Shown here in pieces: positions 38,521 to 47,280 of a stretch of DNA of 64,000 bases. This DNA is from a virus. The translations under genes were made by a program, and so were the position numbers. Positions within the stretch are counted from its first letter, which is position 1, and each line of letters starts with the position of its first letter. The notes beneath the pieces are model-generated. The model did not search any database and was not told where the DNA came from. It was given only the letters and a program-made list of their open reading frames with translations. The stretch is from IMG/VR virus record IMGVR_UViG_3300042447_000691. One strand, 5' to 3'.

Positions 38521-39279
38521 ATGAAAAGAATAATAAGACTAACAGAATCGGATTTAGCAAGAATTGTTAGACGTGTGATTAAAGAAAACGAATATGAAGA
38601 AGATGAATATGATGAAGACGACGACGACGACGAAGATTATAAAGCATTTATAGATTCATATAGTGATGAACCTATAAATACCCCTAAAACACGAATGGCC
38701 GATCCTAATGAACCGTACGATTCAATTGGAGGACATTCCGTAAACGATTTAAAAAGAGCGTTTAATAAGACGAAGAGGGAAGATGAAGAGTGGGGACAAA
38801 CAGACGCAGGTAAACATCAATCACAGGACTTAATTAATATGGCGATAGATATATTAGAAGACGAATACGGTTATGATGGGGATGAACTTAACGAAATGAA
38901 TGAGATGGATATTGTTGAATCTTTATATGAAGAGGGCGAAGACGATTTGGCATCACAAATAGAATACCTATTAGATGAAGAAGGTATTGGTGAAAGAAGT
39001 GGAGGTGAATTAGGTGAAGGTTTTGATGATTTTATTACCAAAAAAAGATTCAAAGACTACAACCCAAGAGAATTTAGAACAATTAAAAAAGATGATTACA
39101 AAAGAAATTTAAGACCAGGAATGAGAGACTTTGAAGGAACGGAGTTAATGGGTGCTGAAGAAGAACCATTTGACGACTATAAAGATCTAAGTATGTATAA
39201 CCCATATTATGGTACAAATGATGATGATTTTGATGATGATTTTGAAGAGGAAGACTTTGATGATGAAGAATTTATATAA
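38521..39279 (+). CDS. Leader-family, very acidic protein
   Basis: Identical leader; D/E-rich body. Confidence 0.7.
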   Translation: MKRIIRLTESDLARIVRRVIKENEYEEDEYDEDDDDDEDYKAFIDSYSDEPINTPKTRMADPNEPYDSIGGHSVNDLKRAFNKTKREDEEWGQTDAGKHQSQDLINMAIDILEDEYGYDGDELNEMNEMDIVESLYEEGEDDLASQIEYLLDEEGIGERSGGELGEGFDDFITKKRFKDYNPREFRTIKKDDYKRNLRPGMRDFEGTELMGAEEEPFDDYKDLSMYNPYYGTNDDDFDDDFEEEDFDDEEFI

Positions 39280-39285
39280 TTAAAA

Positions 39286-41643
39286 ATGATAGTTAATTTA
39301 AAAGAAAGCCAGATAGATGGTTTAATTAAATTGGTTCTTGCGGAAGAAAGAACCAAAAAAGGTTTAATTGAGCAGTGGGAAAGGGCACCTGCGGGAAAAC
39401 CAAAAGATGCGTTAGGGTATTGGAAAATATTATTTACAAACCTTACCGCTGGTGGAATTGGTGTTAAATGGCAAGTACCTAACGATCCGGTAAAATCTAC
39501 TTTTATGTATTGGGGTGGTTGGATCATATGGAAAGACATAAAAAAGAATGGGGGTTATCCTGTGTCTTTTGGTACGGGAAAAGATGGTCTAACCTTTGCT
39601 TTTTACCCTAAAGGTAAATATGCCGGTCAGCCACTTAACAATATTGAATTGATGGCTTCTAAAAAAAATATACCGGTTTTTAAATTAGACAAGTACGCAA
39701 AAAAATCAACAAAAGAAGTTACCGATGAGTTTAAAAAACTATTAGGAAATAGTAAAATAAAAAATTTTGTTGGTAATATAGGTAAAGAATTATCCGCCGT
39801 TTGGTCAGATCTATATACTAAACTAAATCAATACAAACCTAGTACAGTAAAGTTAGTTAAATCGAATAGTGGAGACGCATATTTTTTAACCAATTATTTT
39901 GGAAGCACTCAACTTGGTTTTTACACGAATGGCGATATTAAATTATATGATGGAACTCGTTGGACAAGTATTGGTAAATGGGACTCATCAATGCAAAAAG
40001 ACGGTAAACTATCAGGTGGATGGTTAAGTCGAAATAACGGTGAAAAAGTTTCTTTGGGTCCTGCACTTAATGAACCAAATTTAATGCCAATCTCTTGGAT
40101 GTTAGCGTCTAGTTGGAATAAAAAATCTACAACAACAACAACAAAAAGTAAAAATTATCCATACGAGGAATTAAAAAATAATCCGACACCGGAATTTATT
40201 GCTAAAGTAATAAAAGAATCAAGAGGTACTGTTCAAGATAATGAGGCTTGGGCTGAGTCCGCATTTATGGCAATTAAAAATATGGCTATGTATGATAAAG
40301 TCGCTAAAGCTTTAGGTACCGACCCATATAAATTTGTTAAATCGTTTATTACCGTATCAATTAAGTATCACGTTCAGGCTATACAGGTATCATACTTACA
40401 ATTACTTAATGATGAAAAACCAATTACTGTAACTAAATTTTCCACACAATGTCCATTAACTTTTACTGAACAAAATCCTGGTGGTGGTAAAACAAATAAA
40501 AGTGGACAAGTACCTTACGCTCTTTGGAATACAAATAAAGATCCATATTTAAAGGTAGTGGGTGCCTTTAGTGAATATAAAGGAGTAGTGCCTGGAGATT
40601 TTGGATGGAAACTTAATAATAATATTTACCCATACCCTACTTTATATAGTAAATCATGTACGCTCGGAACAAATCTTAACGAGTCTAAGATTTACGAACA
40701 GGTAAATTTTGATAGATTCAATAAATCACCCCAACTGCAGACAATTGATATTCGCCAGGTGAATCCTTCGGCAAGAAAGGTTAGTATTAATACTAAAAAT
40801 CAAAAAAAGATGATTGAGTTTAATAATGCGTTGGTACAACAAAATAAATTAATACCACAATATTGTCAAAAACCATTAAGGAGGGAGAAACGAGTAGCAA
40901 GAGGTGGTAATGACCCTAAAATTATTGATGCGTATTTAAGTATGTATACCCTATGTAAGGATTTTGGAGGTTTATGGGTACGTGGAGCCAACACCGCAAA
41001 CTTTACATGTGGATGTAGAGATATGAATGCTATTGATTTAAATGTTGCGGTTGATGATGGTAGTGGATTCAAAAATCGTATGGGTCAAACAATATCACAA
41101 TCAGTAGATAAAACACAAACATCAAAAAATTGGTCGGACGCGGAAAACCAACAGTTGGCACTTAATGCACTTGCATTGGCATCGGCATTTATACCTGTTG
41201 TTGGACCTGCAATATCTGCAGGTATTAGTCTTGCAGGGGCTTATGGTCAATATAGACAAGGTAATAATAAAGCCGCGGCTATTGAATTATTTTTTGCCGT
41301 TTTACCGTTTATAGGGAAAATACCTGGTATGGCCAAAGTAAGTAAAACAATGGCTGGAAGTCTAAAGGTAAAATTAGTTAGAGGTGGTACTATGACATTG
41401 ACAGAATTTAACACAGTAAAACAAATAATTGCGTACGATACTTACATTTCCTCAAAAGTTGGACAATATTTAAAAAAACAAGCGATGAGTGACGTGTCAA
41501 AAACATTATTAACAACCGCAGTTAAAAAGGTTGAACAAAAGGTGGTTGGATTGGCCGGTACACCAACCTATGGAGATCTTAAAAAGAAAGCCACAGGAGA
41601 AACCTTGGCGGTAACTACAGGTGTTGAGGATAAAAACACATAA
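39286..41643 (+). CDS. Large hypothetical protein (leader variant), possibly virion-associated
   Basis: 785 aa; MIVNLKESQIDGLIKLVLAEE; hydrophobic Ala/Gly segment near the C-terminus. Confidence 0.65.
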   Translation: MIVNLKESQIDGLIKLVLAEERTKKGLIEQWERAPAGKPKDALGYWKILFTNLTAGGIGVKWQVPNDPVKSTFMYWGGWIIWKDIKKNGGYPVSFGTGKDGLTFAFYPKGKYAGQPLNNIELMASKKNIPVFKLDKYAKKSTKEVTDEFKKLLGNSKIKNFVGNIGKELSAVWSDLYTKLNQYKPSTVKLVKSNSGDAYFLTNYFGSTQLGFYTNGDIKLYDGTRWTSIGKWDSSMQKDGKLSGGWLSRNNGEKVSLGPALNEPNLMPISWMLASSWNKKSTTTTTKSKNYPYEELKNNPTPEFIAKVIKESRGTVQDNEAWAESAFMAIKNMAMYDKVAKALGTDPYKFVKSFITVSIKYHVQAIQVSYLQLLNDEKPITVTKFSTQCPLTFTEQNPGGGKTNKSGQVPYALWNTNKDPYLKVVGAFSEYKGVVPGDFGWKLNNNIYPYPTLYSKSCTLGTNLNESKIYEQVNFDRFNKSPQLQTIDIRQVNPSARKVSINTKNQKKMIEFNNALVQQNKLIPQYCQKPLRREKRVARGGNDPKIIDAYLSMYTLCKDFGGLWVRGANTANFTCGCRDMNAIDLNVAVDDGSGFKNRMGQTISQSVDKTQTSKNWSDAENQQLALNALALASAFIPVVGPAISAGISLAGAYGQYRQGNNKAAAIELFFAVLPFIGKIPGMAKVSKTMAGSLKVKLVRGGTMTLTEFNTVKQIIAYDTYISSKVGQYLKKQAMSDVSKTLLTTAVKKVEQKVVGLAGTPTYGDLKKKATGETLAVTTGVEDKNT

Positions 41644-41668
41644 ATAAAAAATTAAGATATTTATTAAA

Positions 41669-42079
41669 ATGAAAAAAATTATTAGACTAACAGAATCCGA
41701 TTTAGCAAGAATTGTTAAAATGGTTATTTTTGAAACGTCTATGACAAAAGAACAAGTTAAAAGTTCAATATCTAATTTTATTAGTTCTTGTGTTAAAAAT
41801 ATGAAAGAACTTGATAATATTATGAGAGCAAGTGGTTATAGTGCTATTGCGATATTTTTAGGTGTGTGTAGTTTTTTAACTGTTGAAATTCCTGGAATCG
41901 CATTGATGTTCGGAGCATCCGCAATTAATTTTGGTACACAAGCATATAAGGAAATAAGTGGAATATACACATCACTAAAAACAGAAGAAAAAAAATCACA
42001 ATTTAAAAATAAATGTAATAATGTTTTTACTTGTGTATCTAATAAAATAGAAAACCAAGGGTTGTTAGATTTGTTATAA
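41669..42079 (+). CDS. Leader-family protein with hydrophobic segment
   Basis: [22 protein letters not shown]. Confidence 0.7.
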   Translation: MKKIIRLTESDLARIVKMVIFETSMTKEQVKSSISNFISSCVKNMKELDNIMRASGYSAIAIFLGVCSFLTVEIPGIALMFGASAINFGTQAYKEISGIYTSLKTEEKKSQFKNKCNNVFTCVSNKIENQGLLDLL

Positions 42080-42099
42080 TAAAAAATAAAATAAATAAA

Positions 42100-42450
42100 A
42101 TGAAAAAAATTATTAGACTTACAGAATCCGATTTAGCAAGAATTGTTAGACGGGTTATTAGAGAAGAAGAAAATAAACTACCTTGTGATACTTGGGAAGG
42201 TGCGATAAAATTCATTAAAGATAATCCATTAGGTGTACAGGGGTTTAAATTTGAAAGATTTGTTGAGGGTATTAAAACCAACCCAATGGTTTTAAAACAC
42301 CCAACAATAAAAGGTGAGTTACAAATCGAAAAAGATAATACATGGAACTTATTCGATATCAAAGGAAAAAGTACCAACTCAGGTAAATGGTCATGCAAAT
42401 CAATGCCAGGTGGAGGAACTCGAATTAGTCTTGGTGTTGATTTAAAATAA
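42100..42450 (+). CDS. Leader-family protein
   Basis: [22 protein letters not shown]. Confidence 0.7.
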   Translation: MKKIIRLTESDLARIVRRVIREEENKLPCDTWEGAIKFIKDNPLGVQGFKFERFVEGIKTNPMVLKHPTIKGELQIEKDNTWNLFDIKGKSTNSGKWSCKSMPGGGTRISLGVDLK

Positions 42451-42473
42451 AAACACTTTTTAAATAAAAAAAA

Positions 42474-43319
42474 ATGAATAGAAGTTATAGTAAAATCAGA
42501 CACATTCAGGAAGCAAATCTATTAATAGAAAAAAGATTACTTGAATCTAAATCCGACAATTTAAAACCATTAATATCAGAACAAGATGTTAAACAAGGCG
42601 CTGCCGGTGATCCATACCAATATAAAAAAGAAGGTGGAAAGTATTTTTATGCTAAAAAGGCTGAAGGGACAAATGCAAAGTGGGTTGAACAAACAAAAGA
42701 CGAAGGTATTAAAGCTATTGCAACTAAAATATTTGGTGATCCTGCACCATCAAAAAATCAAACAAGCACTAAACCTGTAGATCCAAATATACCAACTAAA
42801 GAAAATACACCATTAACAACACCAGCACCGACTAAATCACCAACTAATACGAACACGACAACGAATACAACAATACCAACCAAAACACCAACGAATACGA
42901 ACACGACAACGAATACTAATACGAATACAACAACGAATACTAATACGAATACACCAACCACAAATAATCAACAATCTACCGTTCAGTGGGGAAATATACC
43001 AATAGTTGGGGGAACCTTTGCTGCTGATAAATGTAATGGGGGTAATACAATCAATGATCAACAAGTTAGAGGATTTTTAAGTGACGGTGGAGATAATTTT
43101 TGGTCTAAATCTACAATAGACACAAAAAACAAAACTTATTATTTTTATTATCAAGAACCAATAAAGAAAAATAGTTCATCAGGTAAAAAATATTGTAAAA
43201 TAACCGATATTAAAACATACGATTTAACGGGATATACAGACAAAAGAGACAATACTAAAGTCAATACTAAGTATTTTGGTTATCTTGTTACTTCTGTAGA
43301 AATACCCCAAACAACATAA
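42474..43319 (+). CDS. Protein with MNRSYSKIRHIQE leader and Thr/Asn-rich repeats
   Basis: Shares its N-terminus with 35021; TNTNTTT repeats. Confidence 0.65.
   Translation: MNRSYSKIRHIQEANLLIEKRLLESKSDNLKPLISEQDVKQGAAGDPYQYKKEGGKYFYAKKAEGTNAKWVEQTKDEGIKAIATKIFGDPAPSKNQTSTKPVDPNIPTKENTPLTTPAPTKSPTNTNTTTNTTIPTKTPTNTNTTTNTNTNTTTNTNTNTPTTNNQQSTVQWGNIPIVGGTFAADKCNGGNTINDQQVRGFLSDGGDNFWSKSTIDTKNKTYYFYYQEPIKKNSSSGKKYCKITDIKTYDLTGYTDKRDNTKVNTKYFGYLVTSVEIPQTT
42835..42965 (+). repeat. Imperfect ACGAATAC-type tandem repeats (TNTNTT)
   Basis: Visible low-complexity repeat array. Confidence 0.7.
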
Positions 43320-43336
43320 AAAAATAATAAAAACAC

Positions 43337-43366
43337 TTGTCAATTAAAAAAAAATACCTATATTTG
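43337..43366 (+). promoter_or_regulatory. Bacteroidota-type promoter upstream of tRNA array 1
   Basis: TTG-N19-TATATTTG. Confidence 0.65.
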
Positions 43367-43411
43367 TAGTGTAATTAAAACTTTTAGAAAAAACTATATA
43401 TTTATAACAAG

Positions 43412-43522
43412 ATGAGAACAACTAATAAACATATGAACATTTGTAACCCGAGCATTCAGTGGTCGTTTAACGTGTATCGTACGCTTAAGTCGCATATTAG
43501 GGCATTTTCATTTATGAGTTGA
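43412..43522 (+). CDS. Putative leader peptide 1 (36 aa)
   Basis: MRTTNKHMNICNPSIQWSFNVYRTLKSHIRAFSFMS, tandem TGA TAA stops, followed by a terminator and then tRNAs. Confidence 0.6.
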   Translation: MRTTNKHMNICNPSIQWSFNVYRTLKSHIRAFSFMS

Positions 43523-43556
43523 TAAAGATTAACTAAAAATATAAAAGAAATATAAG

Positions 43557-43586
43557 ACCCGAACTCAAAACAGTTCGGGTTTTTTT
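43557..43586 (+). terminator. Intrinsic terminator / attenuator 1
   Basis: ACCCGAAC/GTTCGGGT stem plus T-tract, 14 nt before tRNA-Thr. Confidence 0.8.
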
Positions 43587-43600
43587 ATACCCAAAAATTT

Positions 43601-43673
43601 GGTTCCTTAGTATAGTTTGGTAATATCCCGGCTTTGTAACCCGGAGTCATCAGTTCGAACCTGATAGGAACCT
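43601..43673 (+). tRNA. tRNA-Thr(UGU)
   Basis: GGTTCCT/AGGAACC acceptor; loop TT-TGT-AA. Confidence 0.8.
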
Positions 43674-43716
43674 CAAACAAAAAGAAAAAGTTCTTTGACA
43701 TATTGGCTTCATAAAA

Positions 43717-43800
43717 GGAGAGATAATCACAACGGCTTGTGACTCCGTCTTGAAAACGGCAGGTACTGAAAGGTATGGGGGTCGGCACCTCATCTCTCCT
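43717..43800 (+). tRNA. tRNA-Ser(UGA)
   Basis: Loop CT-TGA-AA, long variable arm, atypical T-loop. Confidence 0.75.
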
Positions 43801-43808
43801 CTGTAAAT

Positions 43809-43893
43809 TGCGGGGTAGACGAATTAGGCAAAGTCACCAGATTTTGACTCTGGAGGTAAATTACCATTGGAGGTTCGATCCCTCCCCCCGTAG
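43809..43893 (+). tRNA. tRNA-Gln(UUG) with long variable arm
   Basis: CCAGA-TTTTGAC-TCTGG; extra GGTAAATTACC hairpin. Confidence 0.8.
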
Positions 43894-43907
43894 CTAAAAA
43901 ACAATAT

Positions 43908-43981
43908 CTAGGTGTAGCTCAGTTTGGTAGAGCGGGGAGTTTGGGACTCTCAGGTCGCAGGTTCGATCCCTGTCACTTAGA
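43908..43981 (+). tRNA. tRNA-Pro(UGG)
   Basis: Loop TT-TGG-GA; canonical arms. Confidence 0.9.
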
Positions 43982-43985
43982 CAAC

Positions 43986-44061
43986 GTCTTCGTAGCTCAG
44001 TTGGTTTTAGAGCACTCCACTTTTAATGGAGGGGTCACAGGTTCGATTCCTGTCGGGGACA
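43986..44061 (+). tRNA. tRNA-Lys(UUU)
   Basis: CTCCA-CTTTTAA-TGGAG. Confidence 0.9.
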
Positions 44062-44130
44062 CAAAAAAATTTAGTAAAAAAGAACGATAGTTACCAAAAA
44101 ATGGTTATCTTCGTTCCAAGAAACTAAAAT

Positions 44131-44204
44131 ACACTCTTAGCTCAGATGGTAGTAGCGGTTGTTTTACATACAACAGGTCACAGGTTCAAACCCTGTAGAG
44201 TGTA
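44131..44204 (+). tRNA. tRNA-Val(UAC)
   Basis: GTTGT-TTTACAT-ACAAC. Confidence 0.88.
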
Positions 44205-44214
44205 CAAAAAATAA

Positions 44215-44295
44215 GGAAGTGTTGAGCATTTGGCTGGCTCGCTTGACTGTAGATCAAGTCCGAAAGGCGTGTAGGTTCGACCCCTACCACTTCCA
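44215..44295 (+). tRNA. tRNA-Tyr(GUA)
   Basis: CTTGA-CTGTAGA-TCAAG, variable arm. Confidence 0.88.
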
Positions 44296-44303
44296 CAACA
44301 AAT

Positions 44304-44392
44304 TGATGGGTGTCCCGAGATGGCCGAAGGGTCCGGCCTGTTAAGCCGATGAGAAATATTCTCCACCGTGGGTTCGAATCCCACCCCATCAG
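44304..44392 (+). tRNA. tRNA-Asn(GUU) with long variable arm
   Basis: CGGC-CTGTTAA-GCCG; extra GAGAAATATTCTC hairpin; G73. Confidence 0.8.
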
Positions 44393-44442
44393 CTGATTTT
44401 TTCCGAACTATCAGATATTTATTAATATAAAATGTTAATATT

Positions 44443-44985
44443 ATGGAAAGGTATTCGGAAAAAATTATATCTTTGAGGAAAGAAGGGAAAACCTACAAAG
44501 AGATTACTAAAATTTTAGGTTGTGCAATGTCAACAGTGTCGTATCATTGTCAGATACATAAATTGGGGGATAACAACCAAAAAGTGACGGAAGAAGAGAA
44601 AGATAAACTTCAAAAATTATACGATGAAGTAGGATCCTTAAAAAAAGTTGCAAGGATAACAGGTAGGTCTTTTGAAACTGTTAAAAAACACGTTAATAGT
44701 GTGGTTAGAGTTAAAAAGATTAGTGGTTCCCAATCGGTTATATTGTGGAGAAAGAGAACTAAAAAGAAATTAATTGAATATAAGGGGGGAGGATGTGAAT
44801 TGTGTGGGTATAGTAAATGTGATTCAGCATTACAATTTCACCATAAAAACCCTGACGAAAAAGATTTCTCAATTTCTGGTAGAAGTTTGTCTTTTGACAG
44901 ATTAAAAGAAGAAGTTGATAAATGTATGTTGGTGTGTTCTAACTGTCACGCCGAAATACACGAAAAAAATACCACCGAGAAGTGA
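44443..44985 (+). CDS. HTH + HNH homing endonuclease within tRNA array
   Basis: N-terminal HTH repeats; CELCG...LQFHH...KCMLVCSNCHAEIH. Confidence 0.85.
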   Translation: MERYSEKIISLRKEGKTYKEITKILGCAMSTVSYHCQIHKLGDNNQKVTEEEKDKLQKLYDEVGSLKKVARITGRSFETVKKHVNSVVRVKKISGSQSVILWRKRTKKKLIEYKGGGCELCGYSKCDSALQFHHKNPDEKDFSISGRSLSFDRLKEEVDKCMLVCSNCHAEIHEKNTTEK

Positions 44986-45044
44986 CTGACGAGTCCGATG
45001 ACGAGCTGAGGGGGTGGTTAAGAAATACCCCTAAATACGTACCA

Positions 45045-45117
45045 GTTCACGTAGCTCAATTGGTAGAGCGCCGATCTGATACGTCGGAGGTAATGGGATC
45101 GTAACCCGTCGTGAACA
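45045..45117 (+). tRNA. tRNA-Ile(GAU)
   Basis: CCGAT-CTGATAC-GTCGG; T-loop ATCGTAA. Confidence 0.85.
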
Positions 45118-45175
45118 CAAAAAGGGGGATAACTTGTGTGGGTGCCCCAACTACTGCAGTAGTACCACACTCTAT

Positions 45176-45264
45176 GGAAAGTAAACCCTGAAGGCGACGG
45201 GACATGCCTGCTAAGCATTGTGATCGGTGAAAATCCGATTGTGGATCGTTACCACTGCTTTCCG
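45176..45264 (+). tRNA. tRNA-Ser(GCU)
   Basis: ATGC-CTGCTAA-GCAT, long variable arm, T-loop ATCGTTA. Confidence 0.8.
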
Positions 45265-45268
45265 CAAC

Positions 45269-45338
45269 TCCCGTATGATCAGGGATCAAAGTTGGCTCAT
45301 ATCCTACTTGAGGTTGGTTCAAGTCCAACATACGGGAC
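45269..45338 (+). tRNA. tRNA-Met/Ile2(CAU) with reduced D-arm
   Basis: TCCCGTA/TACGGGA acceptor; loop CT-CAT-AT; T-arm GTTGG-TTCAAGT-CCAAC. Confidence 0.6.
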
Positions 45339-45344
45339 TTATAT

Positions 45345-45418
45345 GGTGTATGTAGCTCAGTTGGTAGAGTGTCGGTTTGTGGAACCGAAGGTCGTGGGAT
45401 CGTGACCCATCATACACA
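45345..45418 (+). tRNA. tRNA-His(GUG)
   Basis: TCGGT-TTGTGGA-ACCGA; encoded G-1; T-loop ATCGTGA. Confidence 0.85.
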
Positions 45419-45420
45419 CA

Positions 45421-45589
45421 AAAGATGATAAGAAGCGTAGAATGACAGACGTGGAGAGACGTGTCGCAAGGGTACAAACTAAGGATAGGTATTCAATCTT
45501 AATTGTATTGATGTAATAACCCAACTCTCTAATGGTGTGTGAAGGTTTCCAAACCAAGATTCCTGATAAAGTCATTCATCATCTTTTTT
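45421..45589 (+). ncRNA. Candidate ~170-nt end-paired structured RNA
   Basis: AAAGATGAT/ATCATCTTT and GAATGAC/GTCATTC closing stems; inner GGAGAG/CTCTCT and GGGT/ACCC. Confidence 0.5.
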
Positions 45590-45628
45590 TGACATCCGAT
45601 GTCGGTCCCGAGCTAGGTCGGGCAATTT

Positions 45629-45699
45629 GCGTGGTACAGACAAGGTGTCGGTCAGGTCTCCAAAACCTCGACGGGTTAGTTCGATTCTAACACCACGCG
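45629..45699 (+). tRNA. tRNA-Trp(CCA)
   Basis: AGGT-CTCCAAA-ACCT; GCGTGGT/ACCACGC acceptor. Confidence 0.8.
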
Positions 45700-45709
45700 C
45701 AAATAACAA

Positions 45710-45782
45710 GGACTCGTAGCTCAGTTGGTAGAGCACAGGACTGAAAATCCTGGTGTGGTCGGTTCGATTCCGTCCGAGTCCA
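45710..45782 (+). tRNA. tRNA-Phe(GAA)
   Basis: CAGGA-CTGAAAA-TCCTG. Confidence 0.92.
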
Positions 45783-45799
45783 CAAAACAAATAGAAATA

Positions 45800-46255
45800 A
45801 TGAACAGAGTATTTAGAACGGTTAACGGTGAAACAATTCCTGATGTGGTAAAACATACCTTAGATGTTCTGAAAGAATGTCCATGGGTGGAAGTACACAT
45901 CGGTACAGACTCACAAAACCACAGAAGAAGTACCGTGTATGTTACGGTAATAGCTTATAGGTATGGGAATAGGGGTGTCCATTATATTCTTCACAAACAG
46001 AAAGTGAAAAAAATAAGAGATAAATGGACACGTCTTTGGAATGAGGCCGATTATTCAATTGAGGTTGCCGAATGGTTAACCAAAAAAGTAAAGGTGCAAG
46101 TTGAGATTGACTTAGATTATAATAGTCAGGAAAAACATTTCAGTTCAAAACTTGTTCCTCCTGTTGTTGGGTGGGCAACATCGTTGGGTTATAAAACAAA
46201 TATTAAACCTGACAACCAAATTGCAACAAAAGCGGCAGATCACCACTGCCGTTAA
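45800..46255 (+). CDS. RNase H-like YkuK/DUF458 family protein
   Basis: HIGTDSQ...RLWNEA..SIEVA...EIDLDYN...AAD. Confidence 0.75.
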   Translation: MNRVFRTVNGETIPDVVKHTLDVLKECPWVEVHIGTDSQNHRRSTVYVTVIAYRYGNRGVHYILHKQKVKKIRDKWTRLWNEADYSIEVAEWLTKKVKVQVEIDLDYNSQEKHFSSKLVPPVVGWATSLGYKTNIKPDNQIATKAADHHCR

Positions 46256-46260
46256 TATAA

Positions 46261-46332
46261 GGACCTATGACCGAGAGATTTAGGTGCCGGTCTGCAAAAC
46301 CGGTTAGATTGGTTTGATTCCAATTAGGTCCT
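46261..46332 (+). tRNA. tRNA-Cys(GCA)
   Basis: CCGGT-CTGCAAA-ACCGG. Confidence 0.88.
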
Positions 46333-46339
46333 CAATAAT

Positions 46340-46420
46340 ACCTTCGTGGTGGAACGGTAGACACGTCAGATTTAGGATCTGATGCCGTAAGGTGTGAGAG
46401 TTCGAGTCTCTCCGAAGGTA
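46340..46420 (+). tRNA. tRNA-Leu(UAG)
   Basis: TCAGA-TTTAGGA-TCTGA, variable arm. Confidence 0.9.
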
Positions 46421-46505
46421 CAAAAAAGATTGATCCGTTATCTGTTGTGAAACACGTAACGGATTTTTTTGTATATTGATATATTTATATATAAAATAAA
46501 ATATT

Positions 46506-46775
46506 ATGAATAGATTAACAGAAAGAGATTTGTCAAGAATTGTTAGACAAGTTATTAAAGAAGACAAAGAAGATAAGAAAAAAACTATGAATGACATACC
46601 TGATAGTTTCTTTAAAAGTTTTTTATCAAAAACTAGTAGCATAATGACAAGCGAGGAGTTTTCTGATATTGAATCAATTTTAGGAAAAAGAGTTGGATCA
46701 AATGGTGAAGGTATGGGTGATGTTTTTGAAAAAATATTTATGGAAGCAAGAACAAGAAGAAGAAAAAACGATTAA
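46506..46775 (+). CDS. Leader-family protein
   Basis: MNRLTERDLSRIVRQVIKE. Confidence 0.65.
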   Translation: MNRLTERDLSRIVRQVIKEDKEDKKKTMNDIPDSFFKSFLSKTSSIMTSEEFSDIESILGKRVGSNGEGMGDVFEKIFMEARTRRRKND

Positions 46776-46776
46776 T

Positions 46777-47220
46777 ATGAAAAAAATAATAAGACTTACA
46801 GAATCAGATTTAACAAGGATAGTAAAAAAGGCGATTAACGAATCCAAATCACTAACTAAAAAACAATTGGATCAGATGGTTAAAGATAGTCTAATCACCC
46901 CAAGAGATAGTGAAATCTTAAAACTATATTATATTGATAATATGAGTTTTGATGATATAGCTAATAAGTTTGATAGAACCGTATCAAGTACTAAACAACT
47001 AATTAAAAAGTTATATAATGATATTTCAGATGTTGATGGGTTAAAAAATAAAAGACAAAGTAAAGATGACTCACAAAAAGAAAACCATATAAATAAAGTT
47101 AAAAAAGAAATGAAAAGGGTTAAATTTTATCTTGATAATGGTTATTTAACTAAAAATGAAATTATGTCTTTATTTAAAGAAGTTTTAAATGGTGAAGAAA
47201 AATTAACAACATTAAGATAA
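46777..47220 (+). CDS. Leader-family protein with sigma-70 region-4-like HTH
   Basis: Leader followed by ITPRDSEILKLYYIDNMSFDDIANKFDRTVSSTKQ. Confidence 0.65.
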   Translation: MKKIIRLTESDLTRIVKKAINESKSLTKKQLDQMVKDSLITPRDSEILKLYYIDNMSFDDIANKFDRTVSSTKQLIKKLYNDISDVDGLKNKRQSKDDSQKENHINKVKKEMKRVKFYLDNGYLTKNEIMSLFKEVLNGEEKLTTLR

Positions 47221-47235
47221 ATTTTTAAATAAAAC

Positions 47236-47264
47236 TTGACACTTTTGAAAAGAGTGAATATTTA
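47236..47264 (+). promoter_or_regulatory. Putative phage-sigma promoter (TTGACA-N17-TATTTA)
   Basis: A near-identical element recurs at 47588-47617 (N18). Confidence 0.55.
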
Positions 47265-47280
47265 TAATTAAAATAATATT

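Noticed and set aside
44986-45035. Hammerhead ribozyme (CTGACGA-GTC-CGAT-GAC-GAG)
   Set aside because: The required GAAA core reads GAGC, and stems I and III could not be formed; at most a degenerate remnant.
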